From assembly GCA_963768425.1 (NCBI GenBank), contig CAVYHV010000030.1, positions 81,902 through 145,901 of the forward strand: DNA of 64,000 bases, given 5' to 3'. This document shows, piece after piece, positions 1-9,980 of this stretch. The notes under the pieces were generated by a model. The model saw only the letters and a list, made by a program, of their open reading frames with translations, had not been told where the DNA came from and did not search any database. Numbering within the stretch: position 1 is the stretch's first letter; each line of letters begins with the position of its first letter. The DNA is from Candidatus Bathyarchaeota archaeon. GTDB taxonomy: Archaea; Thermoproteota; Bathyarchaeia; Bathyarchaeales; Bathycorpusculaceae. Position numbers and translations under genes: made by a program.

Positions 1-43
1 CATTAATATTTTACTCTACACTCAAAAATACTCGGTCACCGAG

Positions 44-217
44 ATGAGAAAATACATTCTGACTGACTGCGAAAGACACATAATCAAAAGATATCTGAAA
101 AAAGGTGAAAAACTCGACGGCTACCGTACGCTCCTGGCTCGATGCCGAACCACAAAAACCATTCAAGAAGACCTTCATCTCATCAATCAACTTCTTGAAA
201 AAGCAGAAAATCTTTAA
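44..217 (+). CDS. small hypothetical protein (57 aa, below ORF-track cutoff)
   Basis: Manual translation from ATG at 44: MRKYILTDCERHIIKRYLKKGEKLDGYRTLL...ENL, TAA at 215-217. Confidence 0.55.
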   Translation: MRKYILTDCERHIIKRYLKKGEKLDGYRTLLARCRTTKTIQEDLHLINQLLEKAENL

Positions 218-353
218 CCCGAATTCCATTTAGACAGAAATGTTATTCCGTACGAAGGATAGGATCGCTTGCACGGCTGTCCAAAAAAAACTAACGTCCC
301 AAAGCAGATAACGTGTTTTGGCTGATCTTCTGTGGCGATGTTCTGTGCATTGC

Positions 354-638
354 CTAAAATCTTGGAAATTTTAGTTTTCCGACGTATTGTAAGATCCACT
401 TAACCAGTTTGTCATAGGTTTCCAGCCCTAAATCGGTGAGTTTAATGTTGCCCTCCTCGTCTATTTTCAGCAAGCCTTCTTGGTTCATCCAATCAACATA
501 TTTTGTCAGTCTATCGTAGGCTACTCCTGTGCTTGTTGCAAGCTCGGTTCGTTTCATTCCTCCCTTGTTTTTCAGTACGTTGATTATTCGGGCAACGACG
601 TACAAGTCAGGTTTTGAATTCGGCTGATTTGAACTCAC
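354..638 (-). CDS. winged helix-turn-helix transcriptional regulator
   Basis: TELATSTGVAYDRLTKYVDWM helix pair and IKLTDLG wing. Confidence 0.8.
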   Translation of the reverse strand: MSSNQPNSKPDLYVVARIINVLKNKGGMKRTELATSTGVAYDRLTKYVDWMNQEGLLKIDEEGNIKLTDLGLETYDKLVKWILQYVGKLKFPRF

Positions 639-1311
639 TGTTGAACCACCGAAGCTCCCAGAGCAAAGTATCTAGAGAAGTTATTTGCCGATACTTTTTC
701 TGAAGGTCCTTCTTGCTGAAGATAAACACAAAAGGCAACGAAATAAACGCAAACAAGTAGAAATTAAAGTCTGTATGAATTAGGTTCAAAGCAATCGAAT
801 ACGGAAAACCCAGAATTACCATCACAATTACCCAATAACCGATTATTCTTATGGCGGCGTACAATCCATATGCTAAAGCGGAAGTACGGATGTCGACAAA
901 GACGGTATCCCAATTCAGCTCTTGCAGAAGCTTTACTGCCCCAGCAAAGCCTTCATCGAGAGTGCTTTTCCATTGCTCAAGCTTAATCCTTTTGAGTTTG
1001 CGGTCAACCCAGAAAATGCCTGCAATTATTCCTGCGGTGATGAAAATCAAAGCCACAAAAGAGGTACTGGAGAATCCCCCTACCGACGGAGTTACGATAG
1101 AAAGGATGTTAGGATAAGAGAAGTAGCTTTGGAAATGGCCTGTCAAGTAATAGAAGTTGAAAAACAGCTCTAAAGAGAACAAAGCAACGAAGGAAAGCAA
1201 GACTATACCTAAGAAGTCAACCATTAGTCGAGCTAGCGCCTTGTATTTTTTCACTTGATCAAGCGCTCTCATTAACTCTTCTACTTTAACGACTACGGCA
1301 GTTTCGCTCAT
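607..1311 (-). CDS. hypothetical multi-pass membrane protein
   Basis: About 4 hydrophobic segments; overlaps both neighbours (operon-like). Confidence 0.7.
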   Translation of the reverse strand: MSETAVVVKVEELMRALDQVKKYKALARLMVDFLGIVLLSFVALFSLELFFNFYYLTGHFQSYFSYPNILSIVTPSVGGFSSTSFVALIFITAGIIAGIFWVDRKLKRIKLEQWKSTLDEGFAGAVKLLQELNWDTVFVDIRTSALAYGLYAAIRIIGYWVIVMVILGFPYSIALNLIHTDFNFYLFAFISLPFVFIFSKKDLQKKYRQITSLDTLLWELRWFNSEFKSAEFKT

Positions 1312-1820
1312 AACGCTACCCCGTAACCGCTGATAGAGATTAATGCCCTGCCATAGACGATGTAGGTAGAAACTTGCATATCTTGGACAGAATGAGTTAA
1401 GAAATAACTTTGAGGGTCGTCAACATCGAATTTTAAGAAAATATCAAATGGCTTGTCTTGAGTCACTGAAATGGAATTGTTCCCTCCAGACATGCTCCCG
1501 CCTTCGTTACCAAAGTCGTCGCCTGTTCGAGGAAGACTGAAGGTCTTGGTGTAAACGCTTGGAGTAGCTCCATTGGTCGAAGTTAGATTTAGTGAAGAGC
1601 CGTTTGGGAAAATAATTTCGACATTACTTGTTCCATTGCTGACCATGGGAAAAACTGACAGGGTTATCCTTGCATTAACATAACTCAATTTTGCAACCGT
1701 AATAATGGCATTTGATTCTGAAAATCCTTGCTGTCCATTTACTTCGTGGAATGAGGACAAAACGATCAATTGACCTGCAATCACCAAGATTAAGGCAAGC
1801 ACTAACCAGGTTCTGTTCAT
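1308..1820 (-). CDS. hypothetical secreted/membrane-anchored protein
   Basis: Signal-like MNRTWLVLALILVIAG; ATG at 1820 preferred over the upstream TTG. Confidence 0.65.
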   Translation of the reverse strand: MNRTWLVLALILVIAGQLIVLSSFHEVNGQQGFSESNAIITVAKLSYVNARITLSVFPMVSNGTSNVEIIFPNGSSLNLTSTNGATPSVYTKTFSLPRTGDDFGNEGGSMSGGNNSISVTQDKPFDIFLKFDVDDPQSYFLTHSVQDMQVSTYIVYGRALISISGYGVAL

Positions 1821-1899
1821 AGGTAGTAACAACAAGGGTCAATGAATATAAGGCAAGCTCACTCGGTGTGAGGGGCATTAGGCCTTTCACGAATTGGGC

Positions 1900-2006
1900 G
1901 CCATAGAATAAGTCAACTGAAAATTAATTATGTTCATTTTATATTTTCTGATTATAAAGTAAATTCAGGCAAGCCTTTCCTTCTATACCCCGGATTTCGG
2001 AAGGCC
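1900..2006. repeat. ~105-bp imperfect intergenic direct repeat, copy 1
   Basis: GCCATAGAATAAGTCAAC...TAAATTCAGGCAAGCCTTTC...TTCGGAAGGCC; matches 3603-3707. Confidence 0.8.
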
Positions 2007-2017
2007 AAGGCAACGGT

Positions 2018-2317
2018 TTAGCGAAGGTGAAGGTTCTTAAATGCTTGTTTGTGGGATTTGAGCACGACGGAGATTATGGTGCTTTGGACGCCTTTGATCT
2101 TCAGGATTTTCTTATGCAAGACGTTGCGGAACTCTTCTATGCTTGAAGCCGAAACTATGGAGACAATGTCACATTCGCCTTTTACATCATAAATTTCCTC
2201 GATGTTTTCGACTTTTTCGAGGGCATCAATAACTTGGGCCTTCTGAGTCGGATCGACAAAAATGTTGACTGAGGCCTCAAATCGATCGTGAATATTACAG
2301 GATTCCATATTGGTCAT
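2018..2317 (-). CDS. Lrp/AsnC ligand-binding (RAM) domain protein, no HTH
   Basis: EEIYDVKGECDIV and IKGVQST motifs. Confidence 0.8.
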   Translation of the reverse strand: MTNMESCNIHDRFEASVNIFVDPTQKAQVIDALEKVENIEEIYDVKGECDIVSIVSASSIEEFRNVLHKKILKIKGVQSTIISVVLKSHKQAFKNLHLR

Positions 2318-2546
2318 TAAAAACAGTCAAACGATCAAGGTATCTTTTAGGCATTTTTGAGAACTGAAGTGGGCTATTTTGCAAAGCGGAGCGGGCTAAA
2401 AAGCCGATCACGAAATGGGCTGAATGTAGAAAACCAAATTGAATTTTACCATTTGTTTTTTTAGTTGTGATGATTTAACTTAATCGTGAAAAGGTCTTCT
2501 TCCCTCTATGGGGTAAATTTCTGGAAGCCTTGGTTGGCTCTTCAAG

Positions 2547-2777
2547 CTAATTTACGGTTGGCAGATTTATTTCGCTGGCTACTCTTAAAAGCTGTTCTGT
2601 CAAGAACTGCCTTAACCAATTAAGCGCTAAATTACTTTCTAAGCAACCACTTGCCACCCTGTGTTCGGCTAAATGATTTTCTATGGCACGGTTCATGGCT
2701 TTCACATCGGGCAACACCAAGATTTCAAAACCGCATGCACATCTGATAGTTCGCATGCTTTTTTTATGAGAATCCAA
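2547..2777 (-). CDS. small putative zinc-binding protein
   Basis: IRCACG...ENHLAEH pattern. Confidence 0.6.
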   Translation of the reverse strand: MDSHKKSMRTIRCACGFEILVLPDVKAMNRAIENHLAEHRVASGCLESNLALNWLRQFLTEQLLRVASEINLPTVN

Positions 2778-3300
2778 TTTGCTTTTGTAGTCTTGATCAA
2801 AAGTAAAGTTGATTTCTTGGATGCTCTTTTTTGGCCATGAACTCTCATTCCTAACTTTGCCAGATTATTAGAGTAGTATTTAGCCTGCAATGGATATAAG
2901 AAATTGTGATAGGCTTGGCACAACAACATGCTAACAATTCTGTTTATTTATGTAGTTTTAGATTCATTCTTGGTTACGCACTAGAGTTTTATGAACAAAG
3001 TGATTGGTTTATTGAATTAAACAACCGCTGAGTAGCCTGCTTTCGCTAATTGGGCGGCATATAGAGAAACTGCTGAATTGGCAAGCGCGATACAATCGCA
3101 AGCAGAATCCTTGAAACAGCGCACCTGGCCATTTCTTTCATATGCATATAGCTTGAAACTCATTTTTTTTGATTCAAAATACATAATTTGCCAATTGACT
3201 GGAATCAGCAACGTCAAAATAGCAAAAGTTTATAAAAAAATACTCGGTTATTTGCAGTGGAAAGACCACCTGTGAAATTGGAGAATCGTGAAGCACGAAG

Positions 3301-3570
3301 ATAAGACGGTCAAAACTAGAAAGGTACGTGGACATCCTCGATGTATTGGCGAATAAAGGGCCATTGAAACTAACCCACATTATGTCCAAATCTAACTTCA
3401 ACAGCAACATCCTCAAAGAGTATCTCGACTTTCTAATCAAACAAGGCTTAATAGAAGAACGAACAGTAAAAAAGAGACACACAGTTTTCGCAGTCACTCA
3501 GCGAGGCACAACCATTTTAAGGTGTTTCCGGGAACTCATGCAAGAAATATCTGCCATACAAGAAGCATAA
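3301..3570 (+). CDS. winged helix-turn-helix regulator (start codon uncertain)
   Basis: Frame extends upstream of 3328 as (ATA)RRSKLERYVDIL; LTHIMSKSN...YLDFL...VTQRG wHTH pattern. Confidence 0.75.
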   Translation: MRRSKLERYVDILDVLANKGPLKLTHIMSKSNFNSNILKEYLDFLIKQGLIEERTVKKRHTVFAVTQRGTTILRCFRELMQEISAIQEA

Positions 3571-3602
3571 ACTCCGAACGAGGGCCCGTCATAAAACAGG
3601 AG

Positions 3603-3707
3603 GCCATAGGATAAGTCAACCCATATTTTATCGTATTTTATATGTTCTGATGATAAGGTAAATTCAGGCGAGCCTTTCTCTCTAAACTCCCCAGTTTTCG
3701 GAAGGCC
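3603..3707. repeat. ~105-bp imperfect intergenic direct repeat, copy 2
   Basis: GCCATAGGATAAGTCAAC...TAAATTCAGGCGAGCCTTTC...TTCGGAAGGCC. Confidence 0.8.
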
Positions 3708-3766
3708 TTGGTGGGATGCCTGATGTATAGGCTGAAAAGTTGGATGACATAAAATAAGAGGCTTAC

Positions 3767-4231
3767 TTAGATGATTTTTTCAGGCAAATAAGCCGTTCTT
3801 CTAGCCCACTTTCGAGCGTCAGCTAACTCTTGTGCATTTGGGTGACCACGCCTTGCGAAACCAAAGGTCTTGCCCAAACATTTGTAACGGTCATCAAGTA
3901 ACCTCTGGTTTTTAGCTCCTAAAAGCTGTTTAACTCGGTTAAAGGTTAAGACATCGCTCTTGCCGCCGCCTGCCCAGGTTATAAAGAGAGCAAACTGCCT
4001 GTTGCCATCTTCCAAATTCAGCCGCTTTAAGAAACGAAGCATATCCGGACTTGGTTCCCCACCCCGAACCCATGTCCCAATAAACACCAGGTCAAAATCC
4101 TTAAGTGATATTGTTGAAAATTCTGAGTCTTCCGATATTTTGATTGCTTTGCAGTTTAATTCTTGGGCGATTTCGAGCGCAACTTTTTCAGTGTTCCCAC
4201 TTTTTGTCGAATAGATTACAACTGGATTCAT
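3767..4231 (-). CDS. flavodoxin family protein
   Basis: YSTKSGNTEKVA FMN phosphate-binding loop; DLVFIGT. Confidence 0.9.
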   Translation of the reverse strand: MNPVVIYSTKSGNTEKVALEIAQELNCKAIKISEDSEFSTISLKDFDLVFIGTWVRGGEPSPDMLRFLKRLNLEDGNRQFALFITWAGGGKSDVLTFNRVKQLLGAKNQRLLDDRYKCLGKTFGFARRGHPNAQELADARKWARRTAYLPEKII

Positions 4232-4371
4232 CGGATTAGCCTACCAAACGAAGTGCAGCAAAAACTTTAAAGCCTTTCTAACAAAGCTTGAGCAAATCCC
4301 GCCAACGACTCCACAACCACAGATGTATCGTTTCTGTCAAAACTGAATATGATGTCCCAAATGCATGTTGG

Positions 4372-4950
4372 CTACGTAATGTTTTTTACTTGTTTGTAGC
4401 GGAAGCACCAGACTAAATGGTCGTTCACTAATCCAACTGCCTGCATGAAAGAGTAGCATACACTAGGACCGACGAACTTGAAGCCTCTGCTCTTCATCTC
4501 CTTGCTCATGATTTTGGCCTGCTCGTTTTCAGGCGGCATTTCCGAAAAAGATGTAAATCCGTGGTTAATGGTTTTGCCGTTTACGAATTTCCATATGAAA
4601 GTGTTGAAGGAGCCAAATTCTGTTTGTATTTCAAGAATTTGTTGAGCGTTGTTTATCGCCGAAAGAATTTTGGCTTTGTGTTTTATTACCCCGGGAGTTT
4701 CCATGAGTCTGCTGACGTCGTCTTCGGAGAATTTTGCAACCTTGATTGGGTCAAAGCCTTCGAAAGCTTTTCTAAGAGCGTTTCGTCTCTGAAGAATTAG
4801 CGACCAAGATAAGCCAGCTTGGAAACCCTCGAGGACTAAAAACTCAAAGAGCTTCTTGTCGTCATGCTGTGGAACACCCCACTCTTCATCATGATAAGCC
4901 GTGTAGAGAGGGTTTTCTGTGCCCCAACATCTTTTCAAACTCGAGGACAT
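4372..4950 (-). CDS. tag: DNA-3-methyladenine glycosylase I
   Basis: RCW...YHDEEWG, LEGFQAGLSW, GFKFVG, QAVGLVNDH..C. Confidence 0.95.
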   Translation of the reverse strand: MSSSLKRCWGTENPLYTAYHDEEWGVPQHDDKKLFEFLVLEGFQAGLSWSLILQRRNALRKAFEGFDPIKVAKFSEDDVSRLMETPGVIKHKAKILSAINNAQQILEIQTEFGSFNTFIWKFVNGKTINHGFTSFSEMPPENEQAKIMSKEMKSRGFKFVGPSVCYSFMQAVGLVNDHLVWCFRYKQVKNIT

Positions 4951-5040
4951 GTAAGAGATTTTGAACAGCCTTTTGATTTAAGTGTTCCGTTACAACGAAC
5001 AATCAGAAACACTTCAATTATTTTTTGCGATTTTGACCGG

Positions 5041-5066
5041 GGGTCCAAATCCTGCCGAAGGCTCGA
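5041..5066 (+). repeat. degenerate tRNA 3'-end fragment (att-like)
   Basis: GGGTCCAAATCCTGCCGAAGGCTCGA resembles T-arm plus acceptor 3' strand; related copies at 4293-4313 and 5794-5825. Confidence 0.55.
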
Positions 5067-5080
5067 CATCCATCGCTTTC

Positions 5081-5431
5081 CTAAAATTCTTTATCCATTT
5101 TTTCCAGAAGCGCTTTGATTGAGCGCTTTACAGGCGGTAAGTCCTCTTTTACAGCTTTCCAGAGCACCTGCATGTTTACGCCGAAGTATTCGTGAATGAG
5201 CTTATCTCTGGTTCCAGCCATCATTTTCCAAGGAATTTAAGGATACTTCTCCTTTGTTTCTGTTGGAATGCGTTTTGTTGCTTCACTGATAATCTCAAAG
5301 TTTCTAACTGTCGCGTCAACTGTTTTGTTGTCTTAAGAGAACTCTTCGGAGGTTACTCCTTCAACGTAGCTTTCTATCTTTTCTATGGCATCAAGAATAT
5401 CGTCGAGGTACAAGCGCGAGTCTCTTTTCAA
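5081..5431 (-). pseudogene. HEPN (DUF86/HepT) ribonuclease toxin with two in-frame TAA stops
   Basis: Manual translation MKRDSRLYLDDILDAIEKI...FS*DNK...KYP*IPWKMMAGTRDKLIHEYFGV; RxxxxH motif present. Confidence 0.85.
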
Positions 5432-5718
5432 ACGTAAATTGCCTCGTTCAATATGCTGTTTTTTATTCTTGGTTTAAGGGCGTCTCTCATAACCAAATCT
5501 ACCTTTACACCAAGCTGCTGGCTTAGAAAATCTTCAAGCTCAATAAATTTGAAAAGGCTTATTGTCTCGTAAAAATCAACTAAAATATCAAGATCACTTG
5601 TTTTCTTCTGTTCCCCTCTCACATAGGAACCAAAAAAACCGACAGTTTTCACTTTGAACTTTTCTTTTAGTTCAGGTTTCAGCGATTCTATTTTGTCTTT
5701 AAAATAAGGAAAGCTCAA
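5428..5718 (-). CDS. minimal nucleotidyltransferase (MNT) antitoxin
   Basis: FGSYVRGEQ..SDLDILV and KVDLV motifs; overlaps the HEPN gene. Confidence 0.92.
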   Translation of the reverse strand: MSFPYFKDKIESLKPELKEKFKVKTVGFFGSYVRGEQKKTSDLDILVDFYETISLFKFIELEDFLSQQLGVKVDLVMRDALKPRIKNSILNEAIYV

Positions 5719-5793
5719 AGTATCCTCGAGCAGAAAATATGCAGTTAGTTGTATTTAGTTTTTTTCAACTAATTATTTATTTTGGTAAATAAT

Positions 5794-5825
5794 GGTTGCG
5801 GGTCCGAATTCCGGCGAAGGCTCCA
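5794..5825 (+). repeat. degenerate tRNA 3'-half fragment (tRNA-Thr-like, att-like)
   Basis: GGTTGCGGGTCCGAATTCCGGCGAAGGCTCCA = variable loop, T-arm, acceptor strand, T discriminator, CCA; no 5' half upstream. Confidence 0.6.
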
Positions 5826-5932
5826 ATTCCCAGTCAGTATGATACTTCCCTTATGCTGTCATTTCCAAAACGAGGACAGGTTTTAAGATTAGATTGCATT
5901 TAATTAGAATTAGATGATGGAACGTTGGTGAT

Positions 5933-6298
5933 GTGTTAATGGTGAGGAAGCATTTTCAAACGGTCGATGAATATATTGCTAGTTTTCCTGAGAATGTTCA
6001 AAACGTTTTGCAGCAGGTATGGCGAGCTATTCGGGAAGCTGCGCCAGGCGCTAAAGAGCTGATTAGTTACCAGATTCCCGGTTTCACATTGAGGGGAAGC
6101 TTGGTTTGGTTTGCCGCTTTCAAAGATCACATTGGGTTTTATCCAAAAGCATCAGGCATAGAGGAATTCAAAGAGAAACTGTCGGCTTACGAAATAAGCA
6201 AAGGAACCGTCAGGTTTCCCCTTGACAAGCCGATTCCGCTTGACTTGATCCAGGAAATAGTGCGGTTTAGGGTTAGGGAAAACTGCAAAAGCCATTAA
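5933..6298 (+). CDS. DUF1801 (YdhG-like) protein
   Basis: TVDEYIA...ELISYQIP...FAAFKDHIGFYP...SKGTVRFP. Confidence 0.9.
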   Translation: MLMVRKHFQTVDEYIASFPENVQNVLQQVWRAIREAAPGAKELISYQIPGFTLRGSLVWFAAFKDHIGFYPKASGIEEFKEKLSAYEISKGTVRFPLDKPIPLDLIQEIVRFRVRENCKSH

Positions 6299-6364
6299 AA
6301 CAAGATTCCACAAAGCCACTGCACATCTTAAATATCTAAATCGCCTATTTGTTACTGGGGAGGA

Positions 6365-6571
6365 ATGGTGTTGGAGTTACAACGTTTGTGCTTCAAAGAG
6401 TTCCCCGACCAGTGCATCGGATGCCCCGAATACACTGAGATTCGTCAAGATCAAAGCTCTGAGATTGCTTTCCTCGCAGGCATGAGCACTTTTGTCTTGC
6501 CGCAATTCACAGGCAAAATAGTAAAAGAATGCAAAAGGTACCACAAGCGCAAAGTCGAATACATAACATAA
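6365..6571 (+). CDS. small Cys-containing hypothetical protein
   Basis: GGGAGG RBS before ATG; CIGC motif. Confidence 0.5.
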   Translation: MVLELQRLCFKEFPDQCIGCPEYTEIRQDQSSEIAFLAGMSTFVLPQFTGKIVKECKRYHKRKVEYIT

Positions 6572-6757
6572 AGCTCCATAGCGAACTGAGCCGTATCAAC
6601 GAATTCCGTGCAGACCACGGGCCAACTGATTGCCGGGAAGAAATTGATTATCTACTTTGCACGCCAAACACTTGATTTCACTTAAAACTTAATCCGTAGT
6701 TATGGCGCCGCTATTTAGAACCGATTTTGATATGGGTCAGAGAGCTCCGGTGGGATT

Positions 6758-8140
6758 TTGGTCCTTTCTACCGAACATTTGGGGAATCAAAACCGTTTGC
6801 TCCTGTATGGTTTACCTAAAAACTATTCATGTAATTTTGAAAAACCTTCTTATCCCAAGACAGAGAGTATTTTTCAGAACACGGAGGGGAAAACCATCAA
6901 ATTCGCAGCGAAACAGGAAATTTCCATTTTAGCCGCGGTCCTCGCCGTCTCCTTTCTAATCAGGGTTGCCTTGTTCCCGCTTAAAGGCTACACTATAGAC
7001 ACGAACGACTTCCTCGCCTGGTTCAACATCGCGGCAACACATGGAATAAGACCCTTTTACAGCTCGGCAGGCTTTGCTGACTACCCGCCGTTTAATGTTT
7101 ACATTTTCTGGTTCTTCGGCTCCATCGCCAATGCGGCGTCAAGAGTCGGCATCAACCCTGCCTACATCGTAAAATTGGCGCCTAACATCTTCGATTTGGG
7201 CACGGCGGTTTTAATCTTCGTTTTTGTGCGCAAACAATCAACCTTCAAACTTGCGTTGGTGGCGACGGCGCTGTACACCTTCAACCCAGCCGTAATCTAC
7301 GACGCCGCTGTCTGGGGGCAATTCGACGCCATCTACACATTCTTTCTCGTGCTTTCCCTGATGCTTGCGCTGAGAAGCAGACCGAAGCTTTCCGCGGTAG
7401 CCTTCGCCCTTGGGATCCTGACTAAGCCCCAGGGGATAGCTCTGTTGCCGCTGGTGGCGTTTCTGATTTACAAGAAAAACGGGCTCAAAGAGCTGCTTCT
7501 TTCCGTTGTTACTTTTGCTGCAACGGTTTTCGTGGTTATTCTTCCTTTCAACTGGGGAGGTAGCCCAATCTCTTTCCTAACCAACATCTACTTCGTGGCT
7601 TACAGCGGGTACAAGTACACTTCAATTAATGCGTTCAATTTGTGGGGTTTGATTTCGGGCATGTGGGTGCCAGACGGAAACCTCTACATCGTGGGGTGGG
7701 TGCTTTTTGGGGTCTTCGCCGTTTTTACTCTTTACTTGTTGAACAAACGTTTCAAAACTTCAAATGATTGGATGGCTGTTTATGCCGCGTTCATGCTTCT
7801 CTTCGCGTTTTTCATGCTTCCGACAAGAATTCATGAACGGTACCTGTTCCCGGCTATAAGTGCGATGGCGTTGATGGTTCCTTTCATAAAAAGGGCAAGG
7901 GCAATCTACGCGGTTTTAACAGCGACTTTCCTCGTCAACGAAGCCTACGTTCTGTACTGGCTAAACAAAGCTTATCCTGGCGCTCCGAACTTGACTGGTG
8001 ATCCAGTGGTTTTGTTGGTGAGCGCGATTAATTTATTAATGCTCATTTACGCTTCATTTGTGATGTGGGACGAGGGGACATGGCTTAAAGCTGAACAGCC
8101 GCCGCCCTTGCAATCTGCCGAGCGAGGTGAGCCAACGTGA
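6758..8140 (+). CDS. GT-C fold membrane glycosyltransferase (mannosyltransferase-like); true start probably downstream
   Basis: DYPP, WGQFD, KPQ, RIHERY motifs; many TM helices. Confidence 0.85.
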   Translation: MVLSTEHLGNQNRLLLYGLPKNYSCNFEKPSYPKTESIFQNTEGKTIKFAAKQEISILAAVLAVSFLIRVALFPLKGYTIDTNDFLAWFNIAATHGIRPFYSSAGFADYPPFNVYIFWFFGSIANAASRVGINPAYIVKLAPNIFDLGTAVLIFVFVRKQSTFKLALVATALYTFNPAVIYDAAVWGQFDAIYTFFLVLSLMLALRSRPKLSAVAFALGILTKPQGIALLPLVAFLIYKKNGLKELLLSVVTFAATVFVVILPFNWGGSPISFLTNIYFVAYSGYKYTSINAFNLWGLISGMWVPDGNLYIVGWVLFGVFAVFTLYLLNKRFKTSNDWMAVYAAFMLLFAFFMLPTRIHERYLFPAISAMALMVPFIKRARAIYAVLTATFLVNEAYVLYWLNKAYPGAPNLTGDPVVLLVSAINLLMLIYASFVMWDEGTWLKAEQPPPLQSAERGEPT

Positions 8141-9980
8141 ACTTTGAATTGAACATCAACAAGAAAGACGTAATAACCATCATTTTAGTTTCGGTAGTTT
8201 TCTTCGGCATAGCTTCTTGGAACGTGGGTTCAATTCAGTATCCAGTTACAAATTGGCAATCCACTCAACCAGAAAGCTTCTATGTCAACCTCGGCGGAAT
8301 GCAAAACGTTCAAACCGTGTATTTCTTTGTTGAAAGCGGCAACGCATCCGTCACGATATATTCTGGGTCTCCAGAAAACTGGACTTCTGTCGGAAATTTA
8401 ATTCTTCAACCCTTAGGTACAGATTACTCAGTTTTTGAACAATGCACAATTAATGCGGTTACTCAGTTTTTGAGCTTTGATGTTAAGCCAACAAATTATG
8501 ATTCTCGACCTGATTTCTATTGGAGTGTTCCCAACCCTTCGGATCGGCTGCCGTCACCTTTCATTCAAATCTCTGAAATTGGTCTGCAAGGCCAGAATAA
8601 CAAGCAAATTCGGATCCTGACAATTACAGGCGAAAACACTACAGACCCAACTTTATCTAAGCTGATTGATGAGCAGAGCAAACTGCAGATCCCGCCTGAT
8701 TACATGTCTAAGATGTATTTTGATGAGGTCTATTTTGCCAGGTCTGCTGAACAATACCTGCACGGTCAGATACCTGATGAGAGGACTCATCCTCCGCTTG
8801 GAAAATTGATTCAAGCCTCAGGCATAGCAATTTTCGGCGAAACTCCATTTGGTTGGCGAATAATGGGCGTAATATTCGGGACTTTACTTGTTCCCTTGAT
8901 GTACCTTATAGGAAAGAAGCTTTTTGGAACGTGGATTGCAGGTTTCTCAGCGGCATTTCTGTTTACATTCGATTTTATGCATTTTACAATGGCGAGAATA
9001 GGAACCGTAGATACGTATGTAGTATTCTTCTCTTTGCTTTCACAGCTATTTTTCCTAGTTTACTTTATGAAAGTCATTAAAGACGGTTGGAAAACTTCTG
9101 TCCTGCCGTTATTCTTAGCAGTAATCTTCTTTGCGTTAGGAGTCTCGACAAAGTGGTTCACAATTTTCAGCGCCCTTGGCATGCTCGCACTGCTAGCGGC
9201 TTACAGGATTAAAGGCGTCAAAAAACTAAAAGCAAGCCTTGGCGAAAAATACGTTGCTTTCTTTAACTATCCCTTTTTCCTGCTGCTAGGGTTCATAGGT
9301 TTAGCGGTTGTAATTTACTTTGCAACCTATATTCCTGACATGCTCGCAGGAGACTCTTTTGGTTCGATTCTTAATCTGCAGAACGCAATGGCAGGTTTCA
9401 GTCAGGGACGGTAGACCAAAATTCCTCGACTCCATGGTGGTCGTGGCCTTTGATGATTGGCGGTCCAAATCTGCAGGTTCCGCATTGGTTTGATATAACC
9501 TACCTGCCAAATAACGTTGACTCTACAATCACAACGATGGGTAATCCAGCTGTTTGGTGGATTGGCTTCGTTTGCGTGCTCACGCTTGCCGTAATTGTGG
9601 TGTATGAAACCGGGTTGGTTCAAAAGTTTGTGAAATATTTATCTGGACAAAAAATGGGGGCGCAAAATAAATTTAGATTGGAGTTACCTGCAGTGTACAT
9701 TGTTGTTGTGTTCTTTTTCTCATGGCTTCCTTACATCGTAATTTCCAGGTCAACTTACATTTACCATTTCTATTTGAGCGTGCCACTTCTCTGCTTAGCA
9801 ACAACTTATTTCATTAACAAATACTGGAACACTCGTCTTGGGAAAGCCGCTGCCATAGCCCTATTTGTTTCAGTCGTGATTCTATTCATAGTTTTTTACC
9901 CGGTAATTTCAGGAATGCCCGCCCCCGTAACATACATTCATAAACTCAAGTGGCTTCCAGGTTGGTTCTTTGCTCCATGA
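8137..9980 (+). CDS. dolichyl-phosphate-mannose protein O-mannosyltransferase (PMT/GT39), split by a frameshift near 9410-9450
   Basis: YFDEVYF, HPPLGK, FGWR, KW, then GNPAVWW and YIYHFY in the second ORF. Confidence 0.85.

Noticed and set aside
5081-5431. TAA reassigned to Gln (alternative genetic code)
   Set aside because: TAA terminates many clearly complete genes in the same window.
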